Source of the DNA: a virus
Length of the DNA stretch: 64,000 nucleotides
Direction: 5' to 3' (one strand)
IMG/VR virus record: IMGVR_UViG_3300040959_000769
Coordinates: 73,167 to 137,166 of that record
Shown piece by piece: positions 35,945 to 46,894 of this stretch. The number at the start of each line of letters is the position of its first letter. Positions within the stretch are counted from its first letter, which is position 1. A program made the position numbers and the translations under genes. Under the pieces are notes generated by a model. It was not told where the DNA came from. It searched no databases and saw only the letters and a list, made by a program, of their open reading frames with translations.

Positions 35945-37066
35945 TCAGCCGTCCGTATCAATCCAAAGAGCGTTCGTATCGCTGGGAGCGCTCGTTGAAA
36001 TATGGATACGCCTCAACCCCAGATCGTTAATTTCGGTCTCTGTATAGTATCTGCCGTCATGAGTGTGACTATCGTCTTTCACGGTCAGGGTGACGGTTTT
36101 GTTGGCACTACCATCAAAAGTGAAACTCCCACTAACATCACCCGAGGTCGGGAACGTGATCGTTCTGGCAGTTTCCAACTTGGTTGCCGTAGACGCATTG
36201 CCAGTCACAGCACCAGTCAAAGGGCCAGCAAACGCTGTAGCGGTGACCGTTCCAGAAACATCCAATGCCGTTGACGGATTGCTTTTATTGATGCCCACGC
36301 GATCCGCAGAAACATCAACAAACAACGTGTCAGAATCAACAGCCAAATCACCAGCAACAGACATCGTGCCACTAGCCGTAACATTCCCAGTAAGAGTGGA
36401 AGGGCCAGCAATCGTAAGTGAACCAGTACCAGTCGTGGACAAGTTTCCGGCAACAGACAACTGGGTCAAACTCAACTTGTCGTACGTGATTGTACTAGAT
36501 GCAATGTTTGCACCCTTGACCTGATCCCACTTCAAACCCGTAGAAGTTGAACTGTCAGCGACCAACACATAGTTGTTTGAGCCAACAGACAAGTTCCCTG
36601 GCGTGGAAGCTCCAGTAGCAGCATAAATTGAACCCTTCCCAGTGAGCGTGCTCTTAGCGGCAACGCCACTCAAGTCAGGTGCGGGAAGTTCATGCTGGTG
36701 GTCAATGCGAGCAAACTCGTCACGGGTACCAGCAGAATTAGTTTGACGCAAAGTTCCAGACAGATATCCAACAATGGAACCCGAAGTCGTAGACATTTGG
36801 GCGGCGGTGCCGTAAAGGTTTAAGGGTTTCCAAGAACCGTTCTCATCTTCGGCGGTATAAAAATAAACAACATTGGTTGTTTGATCTAGCCAAAAAGATC
36901 GAGCCCATTCGTTAGCAACAGCGACCGGCTGACTATCCGAACGCACATACCGAGCAACACGATCCTCAAGGTTCTCGTGAGACTCGTCCATCTGGAGACG
37001 AGTAAACGCATCGGTGTCCTGAGTCCACCGATAAATTTGTAAGCGTTCTGTTTGAGATACCGTCAT
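35945..37066 (-). CDS. Tail fibre protein
   Basis: FARIDHQH, DTLFVD..DRVGIN..NPSTALDVSG, GNASTATKLETARTI, HTHDGRYYTETE. Confidence 0.75.
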   Translation of the reverse strand: MTVSQTERLQIYRWTQDTDAFTRLQMDESHENLEDRVARYVRSDSQPVAVANEWARSFWLDQTTNVVYFYTAEDENGSWKPLNLYGTAAQMSTTSGSIVGYLSGTLRQTNSAGTRDEFARIDHQHELPAPDLSGVAAKSTLTGKGSIYAATGASTPGNLSVGSNNYVLVADSSTSTGLKWDQVKGANIASSTITYDKLSLTQLSVAGNLSTTGTGSLTIAGPSTLTGNVTASGTMSVAGDLAVDSDTLFVDVSADRVGINKSNPSTALDVSGTVTATAFAGPLTGAVTGNASTATKLETARTITFPTSGDVSGSFTFDGSANKTVTLTVKDDSHTHDGRYYTETEINDLGLRRIHISTSAPSDTNALWIDTDG

Positions 37067-37110
37067 GACAACTCCAAAGTCAGGTCAACACTAATTGTAC
37101 TACGTCACCA

Positions 37111-38832
37111 TCACAGCGATGCTCTACAAAAATGTGTAACAACATAGCCAGCAGGTTTACTAAGGTCAATCAAATCTGTCACAACTTCAGCAGCGGTATC
37201 GTCCAAACCATTAGGTGTTTCCGCAGTCAAAGTCTCAACAAGTATCGCCCACTCGTCGCCACCATAATGCTGAGTGATCTCAACAGTCTTCGTGTCACGC
37301 AAAAACTGCTTCACCGCCTGCGTCAAAGAATCTAAAGACCCGCCCTTAAAACCACCATATGCATACTTGATTTGATCTCTATGGAACTCCACCAACGACG
37401 AAGTAGCCAAGTCATACAACTCAAGATCAAGCCAAGATGAATCAACCTGAGTGATCGAACCAGTCGCCGCTTCAGAAACCACGTATGAGCCATACCCAGT
37501 TGAATCACTAGCAGCAGACGTCTGCCCGTCATTCCACTCAATCGTGTTAGCAGAATCGTTCACAGCGGTAATAGTGAACGTTCCATTGAATGATGTATCC
37601 GCGACGCCAGAAATCGTGATTAACGTTCCCACCTGAGCCCAATTCGGAGGATACCCAAGATACTTAGTCGCCCCATCAGACTTTATGTAGCCGACAACGT
37701 CACCTGAAGCATCTCGTGTCAAGGATCCCCACTCAACACCATCGTTAAACACAACCTCGTAGGTGCCAGCAGAAACAGAATTTATTTCATACTGGCCATC
37801 AAAACTTGTCGTGCCAGCAATAATCACCGTGTCACCAACTTCAGGAGCAGGACTTGGCCAATCACCAGATGCAACGGTCGCCGTAACATCACCACCAGCA
37901 ACACGATCAATATCAGTCAGATCAATTGAATCAAAACCATCAGTATCTGCTTCCGCCATCAAATCAGCCCAAGTGGTCAACGCCGTATCACTTGTACCAA
38001 CCAAGTTGTCCCATGGCGTAGTACCAGACTTTGCGCCAGTCAAATTCACTCCAACAAACTGAGACAACCAAGGCAAATAATCACCATCAGAAACATCAAC
38101 ATCAACGAGACCACTCAACGTCTCCTGATCATTCACATTCTTCCCAGAAGCCAAATCACGATAGCGAAAATGTAAAAACTGCTCAAAAGCTAATCCTGAA
38201 TACGTTGCACCTACATCAGCAAGTCGTGACATTGGAAAAGAAGGGAACGTCTGTTCGGAATCCTTTACAACCAGAACTTCAGGCAACAACGGAATGGACT
38301 CCCGAACAAACAAATTGTCCATAAACGCAAAATCAGGCATAACGGTCGGATATGCCAAATAGATAGGAGTGGAAGAAGAATGATCCGAAAAAGTCAAACT
38401 GAATGACAAATCAAAGTTCTGACCTTCAGTATCAGGAATGTCAATACCTAAACTTCGGACAGTAACCCAACGACCCGCAGGGACGCTTACTGTCCGAGAA
38501 ACATCAGTCAAACCAGAACTAGAAATATCTATTTGCACCCGAAACGGAGAATTTGATTTAAACAAAGCGTGAAACATGATGTCATCACGCCTATCGTCCA
38601 AATCAGTTGTCACATCGTCAAAGACAACGGTGAAATCTGAAGTATTTGCTGGAACGATACGTAAAGAGTTCTGACCACCAGAATACGGAATCTCCTCGGC
38701 ATCAACAGAAATCGTTGCGCTACCAGCAGACACAGCCCAAGACCCAGGCGAAGACGCAAACATGTAGTCCGCATCCGGCAACTTGTTTACAGCAAAGTAA
38801 GCAAGATTCCTGAGTTCTTCACCATGAGCCAT
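37111..38832 (-). CDS. Baseplate wedge/tail protein (gpI-like) with inserted beta modules
   Basis: YLPWLSQFVGV and GS..SL.QAVK motifs typical of P2 gpI-like proteins; follows baseplate J. Confidence 0.6.
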   Translation of the reverse strand: MAHGEELRNLAYFAVNKLPDADYMFASSPGSWAVSAGSATISVDAEEIPYSGGQNSLRIVPANTSDFTVVFDDVTTDLDDRRDDIMFHALFKSNSPFRVQIDISSSGLTDVSRTVSVPAGRWVTVRSLGIDIPDTEGQNFDLSFSLTFSDHSSSTPIYLAYPTVMPDFAFMDNLFVRESIPLLPEVLVVKDSEQTFPSFPMSRLADVGATYSGLAFEQFLHFRYRDLASGKNVNDQETLSGLVDVDVSDGDYLPWLSQFVGVNLTGAKSGTTPWDNLVGTSDTALTTWADLMAEADTDGFDSIDLTDIDRVAGGDVTATVASGDWPSPAPEVGDTVIIAGTTSFDGQYEINSVSAGTYEVVFNDGVEWGSLTRDASGDVVGYIKSDGATKYLGYPPNWAQVGTLITISGVADTSFNGTFTITAVNDSANTIEWNDGQTSAASDSTGYGSYVVSEAATGSITQVDSSWLDLELYDLATSSLVEFHRDQIKYAYGGFKGGSLDSLTQAVKQFLRDTKTVEITQHYGGDEWAILVETLTAETPNGLDDTAAEVVTDLIDLSKPAGYVVTHFCRASL

Positions 38833-40262
38833 CAGATGGCTCCTACCGTCACAGTTGCCTCAGGCAGAATCCCCCGATAGTTGAAAACAATGTCACCAGT
38901 TCCGCCGTCCACCACAGCAAGAAGTTCACCACTCTCAAGAGCCAACGTAACGCTGTCAACATATTCAACGCCAGCAACCTGTGATGCCCGGCTCAAAACA
39001 GAGTTTGCTCGAATTCTGCTACCCCAATCCCAAACATCTGGACTCAGCATGCTCGTCACCGCAGTATCAACAGCGGCTCGGACACTAACTTCTTCAAAAT
39101 CTGCAAGAACGGAAATATCAATCGTTGCCTCAACAGGAACAATCAAAGCATCCGTGGTGTCAAAAATTAGACCCGCAACAACTTTCCCGCTGACGTCCAA
39201 CTCAATTGCAACACGGTCAGTGCCATCAACAGCCGCCCCTTCTTCGCCAGCCACAACACAAGTGACATAACCACCGGTCGCAGAAGCAGACGTAGCCAAA
39301 CTGTCCAAAAATTCAACAGTGAAAGAGTCCCCAGTCACGCTAGCTCCACCGGTGACACTTGTAGGAGTGCCTACAACCACCGTGGATGACGTAGTAGACG
39401 TCACGTTGTAGTTCGTGTTGAATTGTGTTTCCGAACAACCATACACACGGATGATGTCACCAGACTGTGGTGCAGGGACGAGTGCAGTTGGGTCAAAATC
39501 AAGATCAAACGTTATAGACCCGCTGCTTTCCGTTGCAGCGTTCGCCAAACCAGACAACAAGAACGTGGTATCTAGCGTTTTCGCTCTGAACACATCCGGA
39601 TAATTCACCAAAACGTAGTTAGTGATCTGAGAAGCCGTAGCAAGCGACGAGTTGAGAGTTGCCAAATATGCTCGACCACGGGTGAAATAGTCGGCATCAG
39701 ACTCGCTTGCTCCACCTTGGGTGAGCGTGCCGCTGAACTGGGCTGACAGCAAACGGTTGCTGGCGGTGGCAATCAGTAGCGTGTCACCATTAGATATGGT
39801 CGGTTTCTGGCCTGACAACGCTGCCGTCATTGCTACAGCCGCTGACTGCGTGTTGCCAGAAGTGATAGTTATCGCAGTGTCGGTTGAAAACACGTGGTTA
39901 ATCGTTCCAGTGTCAACAACCTCGCGGTACACGACCTGTGTTCCGGCAGGAATAGTGACACCAGCATCGTCAATGGCTGTGAAAATTACTGCACCAGTAG
40001 CAAAAGTGGCTTCTGTTCGTTCAAATTCAAGTAGACGGAGGATACCCTCCATCAGACCGTCGGGCAAACGGTTAATAGCACCACTCATCACCCCGCCGAC
40101 ATATGAAAACGCCTGCAACAGAGCATCTTCAACCGTTCCGGTTCGAGGAGAAAACTCAGGCAACGCCGTACGGGCATATGTCACCGCTCCCTGATAAATA
40201 TCGTCAGGTTGAACGTCATTAATCGTCAAATCAACGAAGTCGCTGAAATCTGGAGATGCCAT
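38832..40262 (-). CDS. Baseplate J-like protein
   Basis: FERTEATFATG.V.F...VTIPAGTQV, GGASESDADYFTRGR, position after the gp25-like gene. Confidence 0.85.
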   Translation of the reverse strand: MASPDFSDFVDLTINDVQPDDIYQGAVTYARTALPEFSPRTGTVEDALLQAFSYVGGVMSGAINRLPDGLMEGILRLLEFERTEATFATGAVIFTAIDDAGVTIPAGTQVVYREVVDTGTINHVFSTDTAITITSGNTQSAAVAMTAALSGQKPTISNGDTLLIATASNRLLSAQFSGTLTQGGASESDADYFTRGRAYLATLNSSLATASQITNYVLVNYPDVFRAKTLDTTFLLSGLANAATESSGSITFDLDFDPTALVPAPQSGDIIRVYGCSETQFNTNYNVTSTTSSTVVVGTPTSVTGGASVTGDSFTVEFLDSLATSASATGGYVTCVVAGEEGAAVDGTDRVAIELDVSGKVVAGLIFDTTDALIVPVEATIDISVLADFEEVSVRAAVDTAVTSMLSPDVWDWGSRIRANSVLSRASQVAGVEYVDSVTLALESGELLAVVDGGTGDIVFNYRGILPEATVTVGAI

Positions 40263-40263
40263 C

Positions 40264-40563
40264 TTAGTTCCTCACTCCGAATTGGATGTCAACTTGGGTT
40301 TCCCCGTTTTCAGACACCCTAACTTCAGACGTTCTGATAAAGATCTCTGGGATCTGAGTCGCGGCGTTCAAAGCCAGTTGTCGAGTCAAACTTTCCGAAA
40401 ATGTTGCGTCAGTCACCCCATAAGTTGGCGTCAGCGGCAACTCACCAGGCTGAATCTGTGCTGTCAACGCCAAAATTTGGGCATAGTACTCATCACTACC
40501 GTCAACAAGCTTGCTGATTTCACCGTTTTTCTCAAACCGGATAGGGAAACGCAATGAGTCCAT
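40264..40563 (-). CDS. Baseplate wedge gp25/GpW-like protein
   Basis: 99 aa; LRFP..F...T..GE.P..P.YGV motif. Confidence 0.7.
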   Translation of the reverse strand: MDSLRFPIRFEKNGEISKLVDGSDEYYAQILALTAQIQPGELPLTPTYGVTDATFSESLTRQLALNAATQIPEIFIRTSEVRVSENGETQVDIQFGVRN

Positions 40564-40592
40564 TGTTATATTTTGCCACGCTTACAGGCGCA

Positions 40593-40910
40593 TCAGAGGA
40601 TGGCACCAAGAACAACAACCTCATCTAAAGAATTGTTAATAAAGGCGCATAGGACATTTCTTCCTACTGCTGGAACCTGATCAATGTCAGTCACTACGGG
40701 AGAAGAATCTCCAGTTAGGGCGGTCGTTGAACTGTAGGAAGCAACCCCGGCGAGAACCGATGAAGGTCCGAAAGCGAAACCTGGAGAAACCGCAGGGATC
40801 TCCACCCAAACCTGCTTGCCATCAACTTTTCGGACAATGCCCACATAAAAGCCGTTTGTCGTAAGAGACGTTGACGCAGTCCTATTTCTGGAGGTGTAAG
40901 AATTAGCCAT
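40593..40910 (-). CDS. Baseplate spike/gpV-like OB-fold protein
   Basis: YVGIVRKVDG..V.VEIP...PAVG..VLCAF....VVVLG. Confidence 0.6.
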   Translation of the reverse strand: MANSYTSRNRTASTSLTTNGFYVGIVRKVDGKQVWVEIPAVSPGFAFGPSSVLAGVASYSSTTALTGDSSPVVTDIDQVPAVGRNVLCAFINNSLDEVVVLGAIL

Positions 40911-40916
40911 AGTTTA

Positions 40917-42470
40917 TCAAATCGGGGTAGAAGGAAAATACTGACCGTCGAACACGGCGAGTGATGACGGAATGATACGCGACCTGAAATAGGTGAGAAC
41001 CCGGTACTCAATGCTGCTTGAACCATAATCAGCAAGAGCCTTATCCATCGCCTTATTTTTGGCTGACGTATTGTTCAGATTGTAAACCGCTAAAGCAGTC
41101 TCATAAATCTTATTCAAACTGCTGTCAACGCCAACAATGCTAACTCCAAGTAATTGAATGTAATAATTCCGCATGTCGGTCTTGAGTTTTGACGGCAACG
41201 ACAAACCTCTAATCAACCCCTGCTTTGCTTTCAAATCAGCCCTCACGTGACCTAACGCCCTGCCAGGAATGTACTTGTACCCCTTGTTGGTCGAATTGCT
41301 AACTACAGCAGCGATCATTTCGTCAACCTGCTGCTCAGTTGTTGCTGTCTGCCAAATACTGTCCGCCTGACGCAGGGTGTAATCAATAACGTTCTTTGTC
41401 TCTTTCATCTGATACTCGGCTCGCGAAACGTTGGCAGCAGAAGGCGGAGGGGCAGACGGAGAGTAATATTTCTTGACGTAGTCAGAAATCTTGTTCTTGA
41501 TTGAATCAGGCAAACCAAGATTGTTGTTGTAATCGGAAGGACTACTATTGCCACCAACCCCAGAACCAGACTGAGGAGGATCAGGATCATCAGGGCTTCT
41601 AAATTGAACCCGTACAGGATCAGGTACACCCTCATCAAACTCAACAGCAGTGATCAAATACAAAGCTTCAAAATCAGGTATACCCAGCAAAGAAATAGTC
41701 ATACCTGGTCGCAACTTCACACCGTTGACACGCTCAATTTCAAAAGAGCCCTCTCCAAGTTTCCAATCATCATCAGACTTGGACACCGAAGGCATACCAA
41801 TCAACCGGTAACGAGAAGATGCACCAGGAAATTTTGATTCTGGAGGTGATGGCCACTGAATCGGTATGAACTGGTTATCACCATAAACGTACGACGGATC
41901 ACCCCACTTGCCAAGCAAATGTTCCTGCGACGTGAAAAATAAAATGTTTTGTGTCTCAAAGACGGTGAACTGGTTTTCTCCAGCGACACGGTTCAACACG
42001 TCCCAAACCGACTCGTCAACCCTGCTACTTGAGCCTTTAACAATGTTTTTCGCCTCGTTCGTTTCCTGACCAAAAAATTCCATGTTGAAACGAGCAGCAA
42101 TCGTGCTTGCAAACTCGGTAGGTGACAATCCAGAAAAAGCCTCCGGATCTTTGTCACGCTTCATCAACTGGATATTCTTAGAACGAGCAGCAATCGTGTA
42201 AACCGGATACGAGCTCTGATCTTGAGAAACCTCAACTCGAGAAATCTCAAACATGAGATCGCGGTAGTAAACGTTCCTACGCAACTGGAAATAGTTGTTA
42301 GCACCAAAACCGAAATCTTTGTCAATGACAGTGAACTGAATTTCACTTGACGCATCCATCGTCAAAGAAACAGACATCTGAGTAATGAACGGCGAGATGT
42401 CACCAGCGTTCTGCGTGGAGGTCTCACCAATTGAAATGATGTCGGAATCAATAAGGTCAAACGTCGCCAT
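40917..42470 (-). CDS. Baseplate hub (gpD/XkdQ-like) with C-terminal extension
   Basis: ESVWDVLNRVAGE..F..FE..N.L.F, LRPGMTI.L.G...YLIT.V; position after the tube initiator. Confidence 0.65.
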   Translation of the reverse strand: MATFDLIDSDIISIGETSTQNAGDISPFITQMSVSLTMDASSEIQFTVIDKDFGFGANNYFQLRRNVYYRDLMFEISRVEVSQDQSSYPVYTIAARSKNIQLMKRDKDPEAFSGLSPTEFASTIAARFNMEFFGQETNEAKNIVKGSSSRVDESVWDVLNRVAGENQFTVFETQNILFFTSQEHLLGKWGDPSYVYGDNQFIPIQWPSPPESKFPGASSRYRLIGMPSVSKSDDDWKLGEGSFEIERVNGVKLRPGMTISLLGIPDFEALYLITAVEFDEGVPDPVRVQFRSPDDPDPPQSGSGVGGNSSPSDYNNNLGLPDSIKNKISDYVKKYYSPSAPPPSAANVSRAEYQMKETKNVIDYTLRQADSIWQTATTEQQVDEMIAAVVSNSTNKGYKYIPGRALGHVRADLKAKQGLIRGLSLPSKLKTDMRNYYIQLLGVSIVGVDSSLNKIYETALAVYNLNNTSAKNKAMDKALADYGSSSIEYRVLTYFRSRIIPSSLAVFDGQYFPSTPI

Positions 42471-43186
42471 TACTGATCACCGATCAAAGGACCACCCTGT
42501 TCCGCCCACGCATCAGTCCACTTAATGAAATCTTCTTCCTTGCTACCGCCACTGCCGTCAGGATTCTGAGGCTTAGGATCATCCGTGTATTCAATCGGAG
42601 GGAGTTCAACAATTGAAATGTCAGGGTTGATGTTCTCAACCAAACTCATACTTACCTGAGCAGAAACAATCTTTCCAGCAGCATTGCGGCGCATAGATTC
42701 AAACGATAGATCAGTGATTGACCAGAACGGCGCAGACTCAGAAACAGTCTCAGCGAACTCGCTACCCAAAAACTGATCGGCGTACACAAACGTTACAGGT
42801 CGCCCACTCTGAGAAATACGACGCACCAAATCCAAATCGCCTTCAACATCCAAAAACATTCCATCAAACGGAACAGCAATCAAAAACTCAATAGACACCT
42901 GACGAGAACGGTACGCAGAGAAAGCAACCAAAGGCTTCCTGCCAGGACGACGAATCTGAGTGATCTCCGGAGACATCTCCGAATACGAAATCTGTTGAGG
43001 CGGAAACGCAAACTTGAACTCAAGCGGCTGATCAGTCAACGAACCAAACGCCGCAATCATCTCCAAATATCGAACATCATCACTACGAGTAACTGTTGAG
43101 CCACTAGGAGTAATAGCCGCACCAGCCGCAGACGAATTACGCGCAGCAGGAGTCAAACGTAACGAACGAGTATCAGACCTAGCCAT
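42470..43186 (-). CDS. Tail tube initiator/centre-hub-like protein
   Basis: Immediately after the tape measure; F.FPPQ.I...WSITDLSF...A.VSMSLVE. Confidence 0.55.
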   Translation of the reverse strand: MARSDTRSLRLTPAARNSSAAGAAITPSGSTVTRSDDVRYLEMIAAFGSLTDQPLEFKFAFPPQQISYSEMSPEITQIRRPGRKPLVAFSAYRSRQVSIEFLIAVPFDGMFLDVEGDLDLVRRISQSGRPVTFVYADQFLGSEFAETVSESAPFWSITDLSFESMRRNAAGKIVSAQVSMSLVENINPDISIVELPPIEYTDDPKPQNPDGSGGSKEEDFIKWTDAWAEQGGPLIGDQ

Positions 43187-46100
43187 CAGGAACGCTCCCT
43201 CATCATCTGCGCCTGACGCTCAATCCGTCGAGCAACAGCCATCGCAACCGCTTCCTCATTCATGCCCGGTGCAGCATTCACAGTCACGTTGATAGTTGAC
43301 GCACCACCACCCATGCCGGAAGAAACATTTGCAGGTGAATACGTATCGCCGTGAGGTGGCACGACGTGAAGATGACGGTTAGTTGTTCCACCGTGGAACT
43401 CTGCGTATCCGCCAGCGTTCTTCATCGCCTGCTGATACAAACCAAGGTTATTACCCACCATGTCAATGGCATTACCTGTTGCATGATCGGATGACATGGA
43501 GCCAAGGTTGAATGAACGCAAACCAGAAGTGATCGTTCTCTTGCCTGCAATCCCACCGGAGAGACGATTGTGAGTGCTTAGTGTTTGATCGTAACGCGAT
43601 GTAGCGGTGTCACCCCAGTTGAATGGGTTTGCCCAGCCAAGCCAGTTGCCGTCGTCAAACCACGTATCGCCATCAAATGGGTTCAGGAAACTACCGATTT
43701 TCCCTAGACCATTACCGAAAGATGACCAGAAACCGCCGTTACTTCCAAACTCCTGCTGGATAGTGGTGCGGAACTCGTTGATTGAATCGTTGAAGTTCTG
43801 AACTGCTTGATCAAACGGTTCAATCATGTCCTTGCCGAGCAGTTCAGCCATGTTGTCCAGAAATATTTGTTCCTGCTCTTTTTGGGTTTCAAGCAACTCC
43901 AGATTGTCTACGTTCAATCCAGCACTTTCAAGCACATTGCTAACTGCGAATTGTGGACTAGCGACACCCAAAGCCCTCTCCGTCGCAAAATTCTCCTGAA
44001 TTTGTTGTTCCCTGAGGATATTCCCGGCTTGAACCAACTCACTTACACTCATGGCTTCCAACTGGGATCGAATAGACCCGGCATCAACAGCAACACCGAT
44101 AGCCGTAGCTTCGGTAATAACATTTGCCAGCAACTGATCAATAACAGCGCCGGACGTTCCACCGATCACATCTTGGATTGCTTGACCACCTACACCAGCG
44201 AGCAAATCTCCTTGCATTCCGGCAAGAGCGCCACCTTGTCCAAACTGGACACCACCTTCACCGATGTTGGCAGCAAAGTACTGGAGTGCCCGCAACGGAT
44301 CACCTTCACCGACCAAAGAAGCCTGCACACCAGCAGCCTCAATAACAGCCAGGCGATCTGCGTCAGTAACAGCACCAGCAGCAACCTTTTCAGCAAATGT
44401 GCGAGTTACCTCATCAATTGCCGCTTCGCTCTCAATGAGCGCGCTACGTTGACGCACACTTGATAAAGAACTTGCGAAAGCGTTTGAAATTGAAGCATTA
44501 AACTCGTCACCCCACTTGCCAACAACCAAGCCGGTTTCAATCATGATTTCTTGCAACGAAATGAACTTGTCACTCAGATCAACGTCGGCTGCTCGAGCAA
44601 CTGCCTGTATCTCGCCTTCTGTCATGCCGAGCATTTTTGCGAGATCTCTTGATCGGCGACGACCCAAATCAATTGACTCATTCAACTTGCCGCTCTCTTC
44701 AAGCCACGCCCTGGCACCCTCCTGAGTAAACAACTCACTTTCAGAAAGCCCATTAGCAACTTCATAAGCGATCTGACTGAACTCGCCCATCCGATCTTCG
44801 GCGGCATCAAAATAGTTACGAGAAACAAAAACATCCTGAACTTGTTCCCCATACCCCTTAGCAAAATTAGACGCAGCGTCCTTAATATCATTCTTGAAAC
44901 TTTGACCGCCAAAATATCCAGCGATTCCACCAACTATCGCACCACCAATAGCACCAACAGCAGTACCCAAACCAGGGATAACCGAACCAAGAGCAGCACC
45001 AGTCAAAGCACCGCCACCTGCGCCACCCAAAACTGCGCCAGTTGTTCCGCCACCAGATCGCATAAAGAAATTACCGATAGCCGAACCAGCCATATACGAA
45101 CCGGCACCAACAGCCAAAGCACCAGTGGCTCTTCCCGCTGCGCCAGTCCTCATCGCCTGACCCAGACGTCCACTACCAGAAGCCGCTCTACCTACAAACG
45201 GAAGAGCAAAACCAGCGGCAGCACCAGCCGGACCAAGAGCACCTAAAGTGCCAATTAAGTTAGACAAACCGGCAACAAGCGAAGAGATGACATCAACAAT
45301 CTGAGTGAGAATAGGAAGAACTTTGAAGAACGCTTCACGAATAGCACGGAATAACTCAAAGATGTTGTCAATAAGGCCACCTAGAGCAGAACCGAACTCC
45401 AGCAACTGCTCTTTATTGTCCACCACCAGATCAGCGAAGTTTTCAAAGCCTTGAGACAACCCGCCACCAATAGCGCGAAGGATCTCGCCGAAGAATTCAT
45501 TGATGACACTTGACGCTTCACTGAACTCGTTCAAAAACTTGCTGAAACGCTCAGATGTGTCAGAGAAAAAACCAGTGAATCTGCGCCAGCCGTTAACGAA
45601 GTTAGTCATAACTTCTTCAGTTTTAGGTAGATACTCGTTGAACAACTTGGCGGTGAACAAACCAAGTTTGTCAATCGCTCCCACAAGTGTCTCAACAAAC
45701 GGACCAGACGCAAACGCCTGCAAATTGCCAGTGATTGAAACAACTGTCCGGAAAATTATCCGGCGAATATCCTCAAACGCCTCCTGCACCTGAGGCAAAA
45801 AGTTATTACCAATGTCACCAAACAGCACTTGTATCTCAGTGCCGAAAGACTTCAACTGTCCAATCAGCGTGCCTGAAACAGTGCCCGCAGCACCCTCAAT
45901 ACCAGCCTGACGAGCCAACTCGCCAGAAGAAATAGCAGCAATGATTTCCTCGTTGGACTTCTTGCCGCCCTCAATCATCGCCTTATAAGACTTTTCAAAC
46001 TCTGGCCCCAACTCTCGAGCAGCAGTCAACATCTGCTCGCCACCAGAAGCCTTACCAGCCTGCAACAAAGAAATAACCTGAGCAGCCGCTTGCAAACCCT

Positions 46101-46860
46101 TCTCCATGTCACCTGACGTAGCAGCAAAGTCAGCCAAACCACGCAAACCAGTAACCGTCTGACCCGTAACTCGAGCATTCTTGGAAGCAGCAGCAAAAGC
46201 ACCTGTCAAAGCCTGGACACCAAAAACAGCCAACTGAGCGTCACCCTGCATCGCCCGCAAACCACGGCTAGCAGACGCAAACTGACCGCCATACGAACCG
46301 ACACTCTGAGCGGCAGCGAACTGACGCATAGCCGCAGCAAACGTTGCAGCCAAAGCAGCAACCCCAGCGGCAGCGTTAGCAGCAGCAACACCGACACCAC
46401 GAACAGACGCCTGATAGCCCCTTGACAAGAGCTGACCTGTCTTCAACAGCAAGTTCACCGAAGACAAAGCCGCAGCATAAGCAAGAGTTTCAATACCAGC
46501 AGCCTTGAACGCGAACGTCAACAACTTCATCATGCCTTGTAAGCCCTTGGCTCCCTTTTTACCGGCACCAAAAGTTCGGTTCAGGCGATTGTGAGAACGG
46601 TTATACCTATCCGTGTCGCGCTCGGCATCTTTAGTTGTCTTATTGTATTTACGTAACTCTTTGTCGTTATCGCTAATGGATTTATTCAGACTTCGCTGAC
46701 GCTTCTCCATAGCGTCAAACCGGTCATTCAAATCGCTAAACGTTTTCTCACACGCCTCAGCCTGAGCGCACATCGCAGCAAGTTTGCGTTGAACCCGATC
46801 AATAGCAGAAGTATCAGCCCTGACATTGATCTTAATTGTTACACGTTCTTGGTCCGCCAT
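43186..46860 (-). CDS. Tape measure protein with C-terminal peptidase M15-like domain
   Basis: 1224 aa, Ala/Gly-rich helical, follows the chaperones; C-terminal SGLR...SDHATGNAID...HLHV. Confidence 0.9.
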   Translation of the reverse strand: MADQERVTIKINVRADTSAIDRVQRKLAAMCAQAEACEKTFSDLNDRFDAMEKRQRSLNKSISDNDKELRKYNKTTKDAERDTDRYNRSHNRLNRTFGAGKKGAKGLQGMMKLLTFAFKAAGIETLAYAAALSSVNLLLKTGQLLSRGYQASVRGVGVAAANAAAGVAALAATFAAAMRQFAAAQSVGSYGGQFASASRGLRAMQGDAQLAVFGVQALTGAFAAASKNARVTGQTVTGLRGLADFAATSGDMEKGLQAAAQVISLLQAGKASGGEQMLTAARELGPEFEKSYKAMIEGGKKSNEEIIAAISSGELARQAGIEGAAGTVSGTLIGQLKSFGTEIQVLFGDIGNNFLPQVQEAFEDIRRIIFRTVVSITGNLQAFASGPFVETLVGAIDKLGLFTAKLFNEYLPKTEEVMTNFVNGWRRFTGFFSDTSERFSKFLNEFSEASSVINEFFGEILRAIGGGLSQGFENFADLVVDNKEQLLEFGSALGGLIDNIFELFRAIREAFFKVLPILTQIVDVISSLVAGLSNLIGTLGALGPAGAAAGFALPFVGRAASGSGRLGQAMRTGAAGRATGALAVGAGSYMAGSAIGNFFMRSGGGTTGAVLGGAGGGALTGAALGSVIPGLGTAVGAIGGAIVGGIAGYFGGQSFKNDIKDAASNFAKGYGEQVQDVFVSRNYFDAAEDRMGEFSQIAYEVANGLSESELFTQEGARAWLEESGKLNESIDLGRRRSRDLAKMLGMTEGEIQAVARAADVDLSDKFISLQEIMIETGLVVGKWGDEFNASISNAFASSLSSVRQRSALIESEAAIDEVTRTFAEKVAAGAVTDADRLAVIEAAGVQASLVGEGDPLRALQYFAANIGEGGVQFGQGGALAGMQGDLLAGVGGQAIQDVIGGTSGAVIDQLLANVITEATAIGVAVDAGSIRSQLEAMSVSELVQAGNILREQQIQENFATERALGVASPQFAVSNVLESAGLNVDNLELLETQKEQEQIFLDNMAELLGKDMIEPFDQAVQNFNDSINEFRTTIQQEFGSNGGFWSSFGNGLGKIGSFLNPFDGDTWFDDGNWLGWANPFNWGDTATSRYDQTLSTHNRLSGGIAGKRTITSGLRSFNLGSMSSDHATGNAIDMVGNNLGLYQQAMKNAGGYAEFHGGTTNRHLHVVPPHGDTYSPANVSSGMGGGASTINVTVNAAPGMNEEAVAMAVARRIERQAQMMRERS

Positions 46861-46894
46861 GAACGGGCTCCATCAGGGCTACAGGTGTCGATTA

